Part shown: positions 1-8,032 of the stretch, one piece after another
How positions within the stretch are numbered: the first letter of the stretch is position 1
How the letters are laid out: the number at the start of each line of letters is the position of its first letter
Source of the DNA: an uncultured Collinsella sp.
Lineage (GTDB): Bacteria > Actinomycetota > Coriobacteriia > Coriobacteriales > Coriobacteriaceae
DNA length: 64,000 bases
NCBI GenBank assembly: GCA_900541195.1
Contig: UQIY01000004.1
Location: forward strand, 2,492 to 66,491
Reading direction: 5' to 3'
Notes under the pieces: generated by a model
Told to the model about the DNA's origin: nothing
Seen by the model: only the letters and a program-made list of their open reading frames with translations
The model's database searches: none
Program-made: the position numbers and the translations under genes

Positions 1-342
1 AACGGCGTTGGCGACGCGGTCGGCACCCACGGCCTGGGGGCGCGCCGCGCGCAGCTTGGTCACCGCGGCCGTCTGCGGCCCGATGACGATGGCATCCGCG
101 GCAATGCGGTCGGCCACGGCGTGCCACTCGCGCGAGAGCTGCGGCACCACGCCGGCAAAGGCGATCGCGTCGACCGCATCGAGCGAAAGGCCGTACATCT
201 TAAAGAAACCCATCAGGCGCACGTGGATCTCGTCGGCGGTATAGGAGCGGTCGGTGGGCATACGCCACGACTGCACCAGCTCGTCCCCGTCAAACAGGCC
301 CATGGCCGTCTGCGTGTTTCCCATATCGATAGCGAGCAGCAT
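1..342 (-). CDS. coaX: Type III pantothenate kinase, N-terminal part (gene runs off the window start)
   Basis: Reverse-strand translation from the ATG at 342-340 gives MLLAIDMGNTQTAMGLFDGDELV...IGPQTAAV...GADRVANAV. This shows the CoaX-type IDxGNT phosphate-1 motif and the GADR motif. The ORF is open at the window edge, so it is absent from the ORF track. The + strand ORFs 8..244 and 121..603 are antisense artefacts. Confidence 0.75.
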   Translation of the reverse strand, partial: MLLAIDMGNTQTAMGLFDGDELVQSWRMPTDRSYTADEIHVRLMGFFKMYGLSLDAVDAIAFAGVVPQLSREWHAVADRIAADAIVIGPQTAAVTKLRAARPQAVGADRVANAV

Positions 343-596
343 GTCTACTCCCGGTGTCGGCGTAAAAGGACGCGCACCATTGTATACGTGCCGTCGGCGC
401 TGCTGTACCGCGATTCGTTTGCGTGGGCGTTTCGGCCCCGTGTTCAGCTGAACCGCGTGCGACCGAAACGCCCGTGTTGCTGCCAGACTGTCGGCGACAA
501 AGCGGGCGGTCCAAGCCCGCGGAAGCAGCCCTGGACGCGGTGCCGGACGGACCAGAGCCCGCCGCGCCCAGCCGGTGTGGACGATAAGGAGCAGAG

Positions 597-1784
597 ATGT
601 TGATTCACTACGAGGCGAGCGTAGCAGGTGCCAGGCATGAGTTGCAGGGGTGCGGAAATCGGGAGCATTGCTGCGTGCAGGTGGTCGAGCCGCCCCGCGC
701 GTTCGGCGCGGCGGGGGATGGTGGTCCGGACGGCGGAGGCTCGGTGATCGACGCGGCGCCTCGCCAGGCGATCGTCGCCGCCGTCGCGGGCGGTATGCCA
801 TCCATGATTTTGAGCGACGAAGGTGCCCACCTTGCCAGCGAAGCTGCCGTCGATGCGGCGACCGAAGCGTATCGTCGGGGCGAGCTCGTGCCGGGTGATG
901 CCTCTGCCCTTAAGGGCGTGTTTGAGCGTGCGCTTCGTGCGGTCGCAGACGTGGCCGTCGATCAGCCCGCTGCCGATATCACTTCGTTTGCCTGCACGCT
1001 ATGCCTGGTAGTATGGGATGGCGTGCGCGTTTGGTATGGCAATGCCGGTGATTCCGGTGCGATTGCCGTGGACTTCTTGGGTGATCCGTTTGCCCTGACG
1101 CATATGCATTGCGGGCCGCTGTCGAGCCGGCCGTTCCCGCTGCACGATTCCTATCACTGGGAGTTTGGCTATCGCACGAGCGCCGAAAGCGTGCTTGTAG
1201 CCACAGGTGGCATGCTTGGGCAGTTTGCCGAGTGGGCGCCCGGCTCTTACGGTGCGCCGAAGGCGTATGACCGCGAGCTCATTGGCCTGCTCACGAATCG
1301 GAATATCGATGTGGGCGATTTGCCGTTGATGAATGTCGCTGCAGCTAAATATCTGAACGAGTTTCCCGCGACCCGCGTGGACGGCGATAAGACGGTGGTG
1401 GCGATGATCAACAGCGAGAAGCCTTCGGTGACAGATTTTATTTGCGCCACGGCGAAAGACGTGACGGCTGAGCGTCTTGCTGCGGCGGGCGCATCCTTTG
1501 CGGACGAGGATGACGATCGAAAGGTCTTGCTGCCGTGGAACGACGAGCTGCGCATGCGCGCCGGCGATGTGGCGAATGACGTGGGCGGCGACTTCACTGT
1601 AGAGCTTGAGTATCAGCTCATGTGCGGCATGTCGCTCGACCGCGCGTTTGAGCTGGCGGCTGCTGCTGCCCGCGAGCGCGCCGAGAGGTATCGCGTGTTT
1701 GAGGACTGCGTAGCCGATGGGCCCGAAGGCTGCAACGCTGCCGTTTTGGCCGACGACGAGGTGTCGTTTGACGAGATGGCCTAG
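597..1784 (+). CDS. PP2C-like (PPM/SpoIIE-type) phosphatase domain protein, function unknown
   Basis: 395-aa ORF with AAGGAG 5 nt upstream of the ATG. Contains PP2C-like strings (IVAAVAGGMPSM..ASEAAV; VVWDGVRVWYGNAGDSGAI). It is divergent from coaX. The assignment rests on weak motif resemblance only. Confidence 0.45.
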   Translation: MLIHYEASVAGARHELQGCGNREHCCVQVVEPPRAFGAAGDGGPDGGGSVIDAAPRQAIVAAVAGGMPSMILSDEGAHLASEAAVDAATEAYRRGELVPGDASALKGVFERALRAVADVAVDQPAADITSFACTLCLVVWDGVRVWYGNAGDSGAIAVDFLGDPFALTHMHCGPLSSRPFPLHDSYHWEFGYRTSAESVLVATGGMLGQFAEWAPGSYGAPKAYDRELIGLLTNRNIDVGDLPLMNVAAAKYLNEFPATRVDGDKTVVAMINSEKPSVTDFICATAKDVTAERLAAAGASFADEDDDRKVLLPWNDELRMRAGDVANDVGGDFTVELEYQLMCGMSLDRAFELAAAAARERAERYRVFEDCVADGPEGCNAAVLADDEVSFDEMA

Positions 1785-1919
1785 GAACGTTGTGGGCCCT
1801 GGACTCTTCGCGCCGGGGGTGTTCAAGATATGAAGGAATTATGCTCTACGAGATTTTCCTTGCCGTTTACCGAACTCCCGCGTAATATTCTTTCTTGCGC
1901 ACATGAGGCGCCCAGACAT

Positions 1920-1996
1920 TGCGGGGTGGAGCAGTCTGGTAGCTCGCCGGGCTCATAACCCGGAGGTCGTAGGTTCAAATCCTGCCCCCGCGACCA
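1920..1996 (+). tRNA. Initiator tRNA-fMet (anticodon CAU), CCA encoded
   Basis: Hand-folded cloverleaf. The acceptor is TGCGGGG/CCCCGCG, and the anticodon loop is CUCAUAA with CAU at 1954-1956. Three consecutive G-C pairs close the anticodon stem, which is the initiator hallmark. It has a TTCAAAT T-loop and is near-identical in layout to E. coli tRNA-fMet. Position 1:72 is U:G rather than the usual C:A mismatch. Confidence 0.9.
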
Positions 1997-2006
1997 AGAA
2001 CTTGCA

Positions 2007-2035
2007 GCTCGTCGGCCTAGCCGGCGAGCTTTTTT
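2007..2035 (+). terminator. Rho-independent terminator after tRNA-fMet
   Basis: GCTCGTCGGC / GCCGGCGAGC stem (one G-U pair), CTA loop, followed by TTTTTT. Confidence 0.7.
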
Positions 2036-2085
2036 GTTATCCCGGAATCGTATTTTCGGTTCAATTCTCAGCCTCTCAAACAAAA

Positions 2086-2541
2086 TCTCGATCTGTAACA
2101 TCTGGACCCGATTTGGGCGGCTAGGTGTTACAGATCGAGATGTTTCGGCAGGACGATCCTTGTTTGTCTAAATCTGTAACACGAGGGACGGATTTTGCCG
2201 AGTTGTTGTTACAGATTGAGATTTTCTAGCAGGCGGGTTTGGTTTGTCTTGATCTGTAACACCTGGGGTCGTTTTTGGCCGATGGATGTTACAGATCGAG
2301 ACATTTTGTTGGGACGGTTCCCGTTGTCCCGATCTGTAACAGGTAGGGGCCAAAAGTGGGCCTAGATGTTACAGATTGAGATGTTTGGTCGGACCGAATT
2401 TGTTCGTCTCGATTTGTAACATCTAGGGTCGTTTTTGGTCTGTAAGTGTTACAGATCGAGATTTTCCGACGGACCGCTCCCGTTTGTCTTGATCTGTAAC
2501 AGCAAGACCCGGTTTTGCCGAGTAACTGTTACAGATTGAGA
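2086..2541. repeat. Tandem array of six 80-bp units, each an inverted pair of 15-mers (TCTcGATCTGTAACA ... TGTTACAGATcGAGA); BIME-like, not CRISPR
   Basis: Forward arms start at 2086, 2167, 2247, 2327, 2407 and 2487. Reverse arms start at 2126, 2207, 2287, 2367, 2447 and 2527. That gives a 15-mer every 40 bp in alternating orientation. The two 25-nt spacer classes are each degenerate but homologous between units. Confidence 0.85.
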
Positions 2542-2683
2542 CGAACCGACGGGCCGTCCCGCCCCATCCACCTGCCGTCACCTGATATTCGCCGATTTTC
2601 GTTGTGCCGCCGTGCTCTCATGCCATATCCTCTAGACAACTACGCGGCACCATCGCCGCCGCGCCTACAAGAGAGGAATATTC

Positions 2684-4714
2684 ATGACCGCACCTGCATC
2701 CAAACTGCTTCAGCCCATTACGGTTGGCCCCCTTGAGCTCAAGAACCGCATTATGTTCCCGCCGCTGACCACCGGCTACGAGGAGCGCGACGGCTCCATT
2801 GGCGAGCGCAGCCTGGCTTTTTACGAGCGCTTGGCCCGTGGCGGCGTGAGCTACATCGTCATCGGCGACGTCGCTCCCGTCATGACCGCAAGCCCCACGC
2901 CCAAGCTGGCAACCGACGCCCAGATCCCCACGTTTAAGGCGCTGGCCGACGCCGTCCACAAGCACGGCGCCAAGGTTGCGCTGCAGCTGTTCCACCCCGA
3001 GTACGACGTGCCCGGCGTCGGCCGCATGGTCATGGGCTCCATGGCTGCTGCCAAGGCCGCGCAGGAGGCCAAGGCCGCCGGCGACGAGGAGACCTTTGCC
3101 GCCAAAATGGCCGAGTCCAACGAGATCCGCAAGCAGGCATATGCCAAGCTGCACCACGACATGCAGCACTTTGTGAACGAGGCGAGCGTAGAGCAGCTCA
3201 CCCAGATCAAGGAGGCCATCGCCGCCTCGGCCGCTCGCGCGCAGCAGGCCGGCATCGACGCCATCGAGGTCCACGGCGACCGCCTGGTGGGTTCGCTGTG
3301 CTCGGCCATCCTCAACCAGCGCACCGACGAGTACGGCGGCTCGTTCGAGAACCGCGTCCGCTATGCGCTGGAGGTCGTCGCTGCCATTAAGGAGGCCGCG
3401 CCGCAGCTGATGGTGGAGTACAAGCTCCCTGTGATCATGGAGAACCCCGACGGCACGCCGCGCGGCAAGGGCGGCCTGCAGCCCGACGAGGCCTGCGAAT
3501 TTGCCAAGCTGCTCGAGGGTGCGGGCATCGACATGATCCAGGTTGCACAGGCAAATCACACCGGCAACATGGGCGACACCATTCCGCCCATGGGCGCCAT
3601 GCCCTACAACTGGACGCTACCCGTGGCCGAGCGCGTCAAGGCCCTGGTCTCCGTGCCGGTGGCAACCGTCGGCCGCGTGGTCTCGGTCGAGGCCGGCGAG
3701 AAGATTCTGGAAGACGGCGCGGCCGACATCGTCGCCTATGGCCGCTCGCTCATGTGCGACCCCGACATTGCGCTGAAGGCCGCCACGGGCGAGCCCATTC
3801 GCGAGTGCCTCAACTGCAATAAGGGCTGTGTCGACGCGATTCAAAACCGCAAGTACATCTCGTGCGTGCTTAATGCCGAGAACGGCGACGAGGCGACCAT
3901 CGCCATCAAGCCGGGCGAGGGCGACAAGAAGATCGCCGTGGTGGGCGGCGGTATTGCCGGCCTGGAGGCCGCGCGCGTGGCGGCCAAGCGCGGCTACGAC
4001 GTGACCGTCTACGAGGCGAGCGATCATCTGGGCGGCCAGATTGTGCTGGCGGCCGCGCCTCCGCGCAAGGACGAGATCATGCGCTCGGTCGAGTATTACG
4101 AGATGATTCTGCCCGGCCTGGGCGTGAAGGTTGAGCTCAACCATGCCGCTACCGCCGAGGACCTCAACGCCGCCGACGCCGCGATTGTGGCCGTGGGCGC
4201 GCACGACGTGGTCATTCCCGTTCCGGGTGCCGATTCGGACAAGGTCGTCTCGAGCTGGGACGTGCTGGCCGGCAAGGTGGAGCTTACGGGCCGCGTCGCC
4301 GTCATTGGCGGCGGCCTGGTGGGCACCGAGACTGCCGAGTACCTGCTGCAGCACGGCTGCGAGGTGGCGATCGTGGAGATGCTCGACAAGATTGCCGCGG
4401 GCGAGTCCGAGACCATTCTGCCGCTGATTATGAGCGACTTTGCCGAGCATAACGTGGAGCAGCACGTGAAGACCCGCCTGACCGCCATTACTGATGAGGG
4501 CGTGGAGGCCATTCGCACCACCGAGGACGGCGCCGAGGAGCCGGTGAAGATCGTCTGCGATTACGTGGTGATGGCCGTGGGCTCCAAGGCCAACGCGTTT
4601 GACCTGGACGGCGTGACGGTACCCGTGACCTACGTGGGCGACTGCTCGGGCGAGCGTACCGCCGACATCGCGAGCGCTATCCGCACGGCATATCACGCGG
4701 CTAACGAGCTGTAG
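2684..4714 (+). CDS. NADH:flavin oxidoreductase of the OYE / 2,4-dienoyl-CoA reductase (FadH-like) family
   Basis: 676 aa. The N-terminal OYE TIM-barrel shows LKNRIMFPPL, RGGVSYIVIGD and NQRTDEYGGSFENR. A Cys cluster (CLNCNKGC) follows. The C-terminus has two Rossmann motifs (VVGGGIAGLEAA, VIGGGLVGTE). AGAGAGGA RBS. Confidence 0.85.
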   Translation: MTAPASKLLQPITVGPLELKNRIMFPPLTTGYEERDGSIGERSLAFYERLARGGVSYIVIGDVAPVMTASPTPKLATDAQIPTFKALADAVHKHGAKVALQLFHPEYDVPGVGRMVMGSMAAAKAAQEAKAAGDEETFAAKMAESNEIRKQAYAKLHHDMQHFVNEASVEQLTQIKEAIAASAARAQQAGIDAIEVHGDRLVGSLCSAILNQRTDEYGGSFENRVRYALEVVAAIKEAAPQLMVEYKLPVIMENPDGTPRGKGGLQPDEACEFAKLLEGAGIDMIQVAQANHTGNMGDTIPPMGAMPYNWTLPVAERVKALVSVPVATVGRVVSVEAGEKILEDGAADIVAYGRSLMCDPDIALKAATGEPIRECLNCNKGCVDAIQNRKYISCVLNAENGDEATIAIKPGEGDKKIAVVGGGIAGLEAARVAAKRGYDVTVYEASDHLGGQIVLAAAPPRKDEIMRSVEYYEMILPGLGVKVELNHAATAEDLNAADAAIVAVGAHDVVIPVPGADSDKVVSSWDVLAGKVELTGRVAVIGGGLVGTETAEYLLQHGCEVAIVEMLDKIAAGESETILPLIMSDFAEHNVEQHVKTRLTAITDEGVEAIRTTEDGAEEPVKIVCDYVVMAVGSKANAFDLDGVTVPVTYVGDCSGERTADIASAIRTAYHAANEL

Positions 4715-4740
4715 TCGAGAAAGCTATCGCGTATTGAGTG

Positions 4741-4777
4741 GGCGGGGAGTGCCGTATCGGTGCTCCCCGCCTTTTTG
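4741..4777 (+). terminator. Rho-independent terminator of the oxidoreductase gene
   Basis: GGCGGGGAG (4741-4749) pairs with CTCCCCGCC (4763-4771) and is followed by TTTTT. Confidence 0.75.
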
Positions 4778-4804
4778 TCGATAAGAGGTGCTCTGACCAG
4801 CGGG

Positions 4805-4896
4805 TTCAGAAAATCCGAATCTTGAGCACCCGAAAATCCGAATCCTCAGAACATGAAAATCCGAATCGCTAACACCCGAAAATCCGAATTTGGTGC
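4805..4896. repeat. Four tandem 23-bp repeats with conserved core GAAAATCCGAAT
   Basis: Cores lie at 4809-4820, 4832-4843, 4855-4866 and 4878-4889, an exact 23-bp period. They sit between the 4741 terminator and the 5148 operon. Confidence 0.8.
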
Positions 4897-4968
4897 AAGG
4901 GGATTGGCGCAAGTGGTCATGTTTGTTTGCGCCATGTTGGCACGAAGTAACCTGACCCCTTGCACCAA
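4890..4968. repeat. Nested inverted repeats (potential structured RNA or long hairpin)
   Basis: The outer perfect 13-bp arms are TTGGTGCAAGGGG (4890-4902) and CCCCTTGCACCAA (4956-4968). The inner 8-bp arms are TGGCGCAA (4905-4912) and TTGCGCCA (4927-4934). Confidence 0.5.
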
Positions 4969-5147
4969 GGGTTTGACTTTTAAGACATCATTAAGGCTTG
5001 CGTTGTGGAGCGAACCGCAGGTCAATGCTATTCTTTTACCTTATCGTACGGTGTTGTATTCTGCCTGAATTCTCTACCTGCGAACAACGGATAAACGCGA
5101 CCGAGCGGAAAAGGATGGCAAGCCCGCAAGCAGGGCAAACGTAAGCG

Positions 5148-6164
5148 ATGAGTGGCATGGACCGACATAGCGAGCTCCAGCAGCACATGACGGCGGCCGA
5201 GTACCGCCAAGCTGCCGACGAGCACGTGCGGACCCTCAAGGATTTCTGGAAGGATTTCCTGGTGAGCGGTCTGTTTGTGCTGGCTGCCATCGTTGCCATC
5301 TTTGCATGCCTGGCCTGGTTTGCTGCGAATAACCGAGTGAGCGCCACGGGGGGCACGATCGGGGCGAAGGCGGGGCGCTATAGCCTTACCGCCACCGGCG
5401 AAGGCGAGCCCGACGCCCACACGGGATATTACGAGCGCACGGGCGCCGAAAAGCAAAACATCACGAGGCTCGATACGACGGACGCCATGACGGTAACGCT
5501 GGAATCCAACCTCAACAACGAGTCCGCCGGCTCTCTGTATCCGGGTGCCCGAGGCAAGATTACGTTTACGGTGAAGCCGCTGGTGGATGACCTGAACGGG
5601 GTCACGATCAACTTGTCACGCGTGCTTAAAGTCACGGGCAATGTCGTTGTTGAGGACGGAAAAACGCTGACGTCTGATGCGCAAACGCTCCTTGGCTTGG
5701 CTAAGGGCCATTTGCTGTTCTTTACGAGCTGCCAGAACGGGTACTACTCGGGGCGCGTAGTCGATAGCAAGATCAGGATTGACAAGAGCGAATTTTGCAA
5801 GAAGGGGTCGAGCGAGACCACAGAGTCAAAAGAGGTGAGCCTGTACTGGGTATGGCCGGAGTACTTCCAGAACTTTGTCCTTACGGGCAACACGAATTAC
5901 TACAAGAATCTGTTTGCGGCGGCGGGCGACGCAAAGTCTGACTACGGCGCTCTGCAGGCAGATATGAACGCGCATAAAGCGAACTACTTCTATGGCGCGG
6001 CAAACGGCACAAGTGCTGCCAACGCTCCTGCGGTTTCGGCTGACATGTCCTTCAGCGACGCCGCCATCTGCTCGGCGCTGTACAACAATGCCGACGAGCA
6101 GATCGGCAATAAGGTCGAATACATTCAACTTAGAATTAGCGCTCAGGAGGGCGTGAGCTCATGA
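5148..6164 (+). CDS. Hypothetical signal-anchored exported protein 1 (possible TasA/camelysin-like beta-sandwich), first gene of the giant-protein operon
   Basis: 338 aa. It has a charged N-terminus, then one TM helix (FLVSGLFVLAAIVAIFACLAWFAA), then the aromatic junction LAWFAANN. LYPGARGKITFTVKP resembles the PGD..f.v.N strand of TasA-type proteins. Its stop overlaps the next start. Confidence 0.65.
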   Translation: MSGMDRHSELQQHMTAAEYRQAADEHVRTLKDFWKDFLVSGLFVLAAIVAIFACLAWFAANNRVSATGGTIGAKAGRYSLTATGEGEPDAHTGYYERTGAEKQNITRLDTTDAMTVTLESNLNNESAGSLYPGARGKITFTVKPLVDDLNGVTINLSRVLKVTGNVVVEDGKTLTSDAQTLLGLAKGHLLFFTSCQNGYYSGRVVDSKIRIDKSEFCKKGSSETTESKEVSLYWVWPEYFQNFVLTGNTNYYKNLFAAAGDAKSDYGALQADMNAHKANYFYGAANGTSAANAPAVSADMSFSDAAICSALYNNADEQIGNKVEYIQLRISAQEGVSS

Positions 6165-6967
6165 GCACCATGCAAACGCGCCTCGGCGATGCCCGCAATT
6201 GGATAGAAAACCACCGCGCACAGACCCTCGCGGTCTTGGTGCTGCTCGCGGCCATCATTTTTATCATCGGCCTTACCATGACATGGTTCGTAAGCAGCAA
6301 AAGTTTGTCTACGGTGGGTAAGATTCAAACGCCCGCGCAGCTTAAGATCATGGGTCCCAACCAGACAAGCATTGAGCCCATCGAGATTTCGTATGACGAG
6401 TCGCGCGGCGATGAGAAGAAAGACGACGGCACCGTGACCGTTCGTCGCGCGTTTTGTGTGCGGAGCGACAATGGCGATCCCGCTGCCGGCGGTCAAGCGT
6501 TTGAGCTGCAGGTGGCAAATACCACGAATATCACGGGGCTGACAATCAATGTGTACCACGTGACGGTCAACGAACCGCCGGCAACGAAGGGAGATGTGGT
6601 CGGCCTCGACGGGCTCAACCGCACCTACTCATGGAGCAAGAAGAGCAGCACCCCGATTAAGTTCGCTTTTATCAACTCCGCGGACGGGACAAGTACGTTA
6701 GCTAAGGAGCTTGAGGCAAACGACCCGACGTACGGCTCGTACGTGAATGTCCAGAAAAACGCGCGCCCGCTCTACCGGTATCACGAGTTCACAAAGAGTC
6801 AGCTCGACGGTTACAGCGATAAGAACAAAAGGGCCAACGCCGCCACGAACTTCATCATCGAGTGCACGTGGAATCCGGGCGTTGTGACCGTAAACGGAAA
6901 GACAGTCTCAAACGTCAAAGAGACCGACATGGTCTACCTAATCGCTCGCGGCACGAGCGGCAACTAA
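6161..6967 (+). CDS. Hypothetical signal-anchored exported protein 2
   Basis: 268 aa. AGGAGGG RBS, and the ATG at 6161 overlaps the upstream TGA (ATGA coupling). One TM helix (LAVLVLLAAIIFIIGLTMTWFV) is followed by the junction MTWFVSSKS. Confidence 0.65.
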   Translation: MSTMQTRLGDARNWIENHRAQTLAVLVLLAAIIFIIGLTMTWFVSSKSLSTVGKIQTPAQLKIMGPNQTSIEPIEISYDESRGDEKKDDGTVTVRRAFCVRSDNGDPAAGGQAFELQVANTTNITGLTINVYHVTVNEPPATKGDVVGLDGLNRTYSWSKKSSTPIKFAFINSADGTSTLAKELEANDPTYGSYVNVQKNARPLYRYHEFTKSQLDGYSDKNKRANAATNFIIECTWNPGVVTVNGKTVSNVKETDMVYLIARGTSGN

Positions 6968-6990
6968 TAGCAGGAAGGGAGGGGCGCCAG

Positions 6991-7968
6991 ATGAGGAAAG
7001 ACAAGAACGCACAAAATGAAATCGCAAGGCCTGCCGGCAAGCACTTTGCACAGGTTGACGATCATGCGGCGAAGTCTGCCTTGGCGGAGTCTGCTGCCCC
7101 TAATTCCAAAGTGCGCAAACGCCTGTGGGCAGTTGCGGTGCTGCTGTGCGCCGTCGCGATTGCGACGGGAACCTACCTTACCTACACGGCCTTTTTGGCG
7201 GGTGACTTTCTTAAGTCGGTTGCTGTTTCGGGCACGTCACAGGCGCTGTTTGCCTCGGACATGCTTACGGGCTACACGAATGATACGCTGAATGACGAGG
7301 GGATTGCCGTCCGAAGCGTCATTGCCGACACGAGTGGGGAAAACTGCTCTTTTACCTTTCGCATTTACAACCATCTGCTGGGCGACAAGAACAAGGTCAA
7401 CGACAAGGACGTTAACGCGACGCTGAGCGTGACGGCGACGGGTACGACGAAAGCTTGGAGCATAAGCGGTGAGCCTGCGCTGACGGCGAACGGCACGGTC
7501 GGCCTTTCCTTCCCCGCCAACAAGGCAACCATGTATACCTATAAGGTTACGTTTTCCAAGGCAGACCTCAACAAAGCATCCTTCACCGTTAAGGCCCAGG
7601 TCGGCTCCAATAGCCCTGGCACCAACCTTAAATGGCTCGCCGCCAAGATTGCGCCTTCCGAGCGTGCAGAGGTAACGGCTTCGGGCGTTTCGGGCGAGTG
7701 GGTCGATAAGAACTCGGATATCAACGCTTTCGACGCTTACAACTATCGCGCGACCGTTACGGGCGCGCCAACAAAAATCAAGCTTACATGGGGCGACAAG
7801 GTTGAGCTTGACCCATTTTTGGCGACGAATCATTCCGACGCGACCTTTGATGGAAGGTCGGTTACGTTCACCATGGATCCCGGGTCGGAGATTATTACCT
7901 TTTACCGTTCGACGGATACCGCGCCCGGCAGCTTGGATGACATCGGTGTTACGTGCAGGGCTGCGTAG
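6991..7968 (+). CDS. Hypothetical signal-anchored exported protein 3
   Basis: I prefer the start at ATG 6991 (MRKDKNAQ), which has GGAAGGGAGGGG upstream, over the track start at 6862, which overlaps the previous gene. It has a long charged N-terminus, the TM helix LWAVAVLLCAVAIATGTYLTY and the junction GTYLTYTAF. Confidence 0.65.
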   Translation: MRKDKNAQNEIARPAGKHFAQVDDHAAKSALAESAAPNSKVRKRLWAVAVLLCAVAIATGTYLTYTAFLAGDFLKSVAVSGTSQALFASDMLTGYTNDTLNDEGIAVRSVIADTSGENCSFTFRIYNHLLGDKNKVNDKDVNATLSVTATGTTKAWSISGEPALTANGTVGLSFPANKATMYTYKVTFSKADLNKASFTVKAQVGSNSPGTNLKWLAAKIAPSERAEVTASGVSGEWVDKNSDINAFDAYNYRATVTGAPTKIKLTWGDKVELDPFLATNHSDATFDGRSVTFTMDPGSEIITFYRSTDTAPGSLDDIGVTCRAA

Positions 7969-8032
7969 GCCAACCGCAATCTGTGATTTTGAGACCCCGC
8001 ACGGGGCATGAGATAGAACGAGGTAGGATCAG

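Noticed and set aside
8-603. + strand ORFs 8..244, 121..603 and 254..451 at the window start
   Set aside because: The opposite strand encodes a clean CoaX N-terminus. The + strand products are Arg/Ala-rich with no recognisable features.
2086-2541. Regularly spaced repeats that could be mistaken for a CRISPR array
   Set aside because: The repeats are only 15 nt and alternate in orientation. The 'spacers' fall into two mutually homologous classes rather than being unique. No cas genes or leader are present.
1920-4780. tRNA-adjacent integrative element (island inserted at tRNA-fMet)
   Set aside because: No integrase is present, I found no duplicated tRNA 3' end, and the first downstream gene is an ordinary high-GC oxidoreductase. 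The accessory-looking block starts later, at about 4.8 kb.
6862-6990. Upstream extension of the third small protein (track start 6862)
   Set aside because: It overlaps the end of the preceding gene by about 100 nt in another frame and is Arg-rich. ATG 6991 has a strong RBS and follows the stop at 6967.
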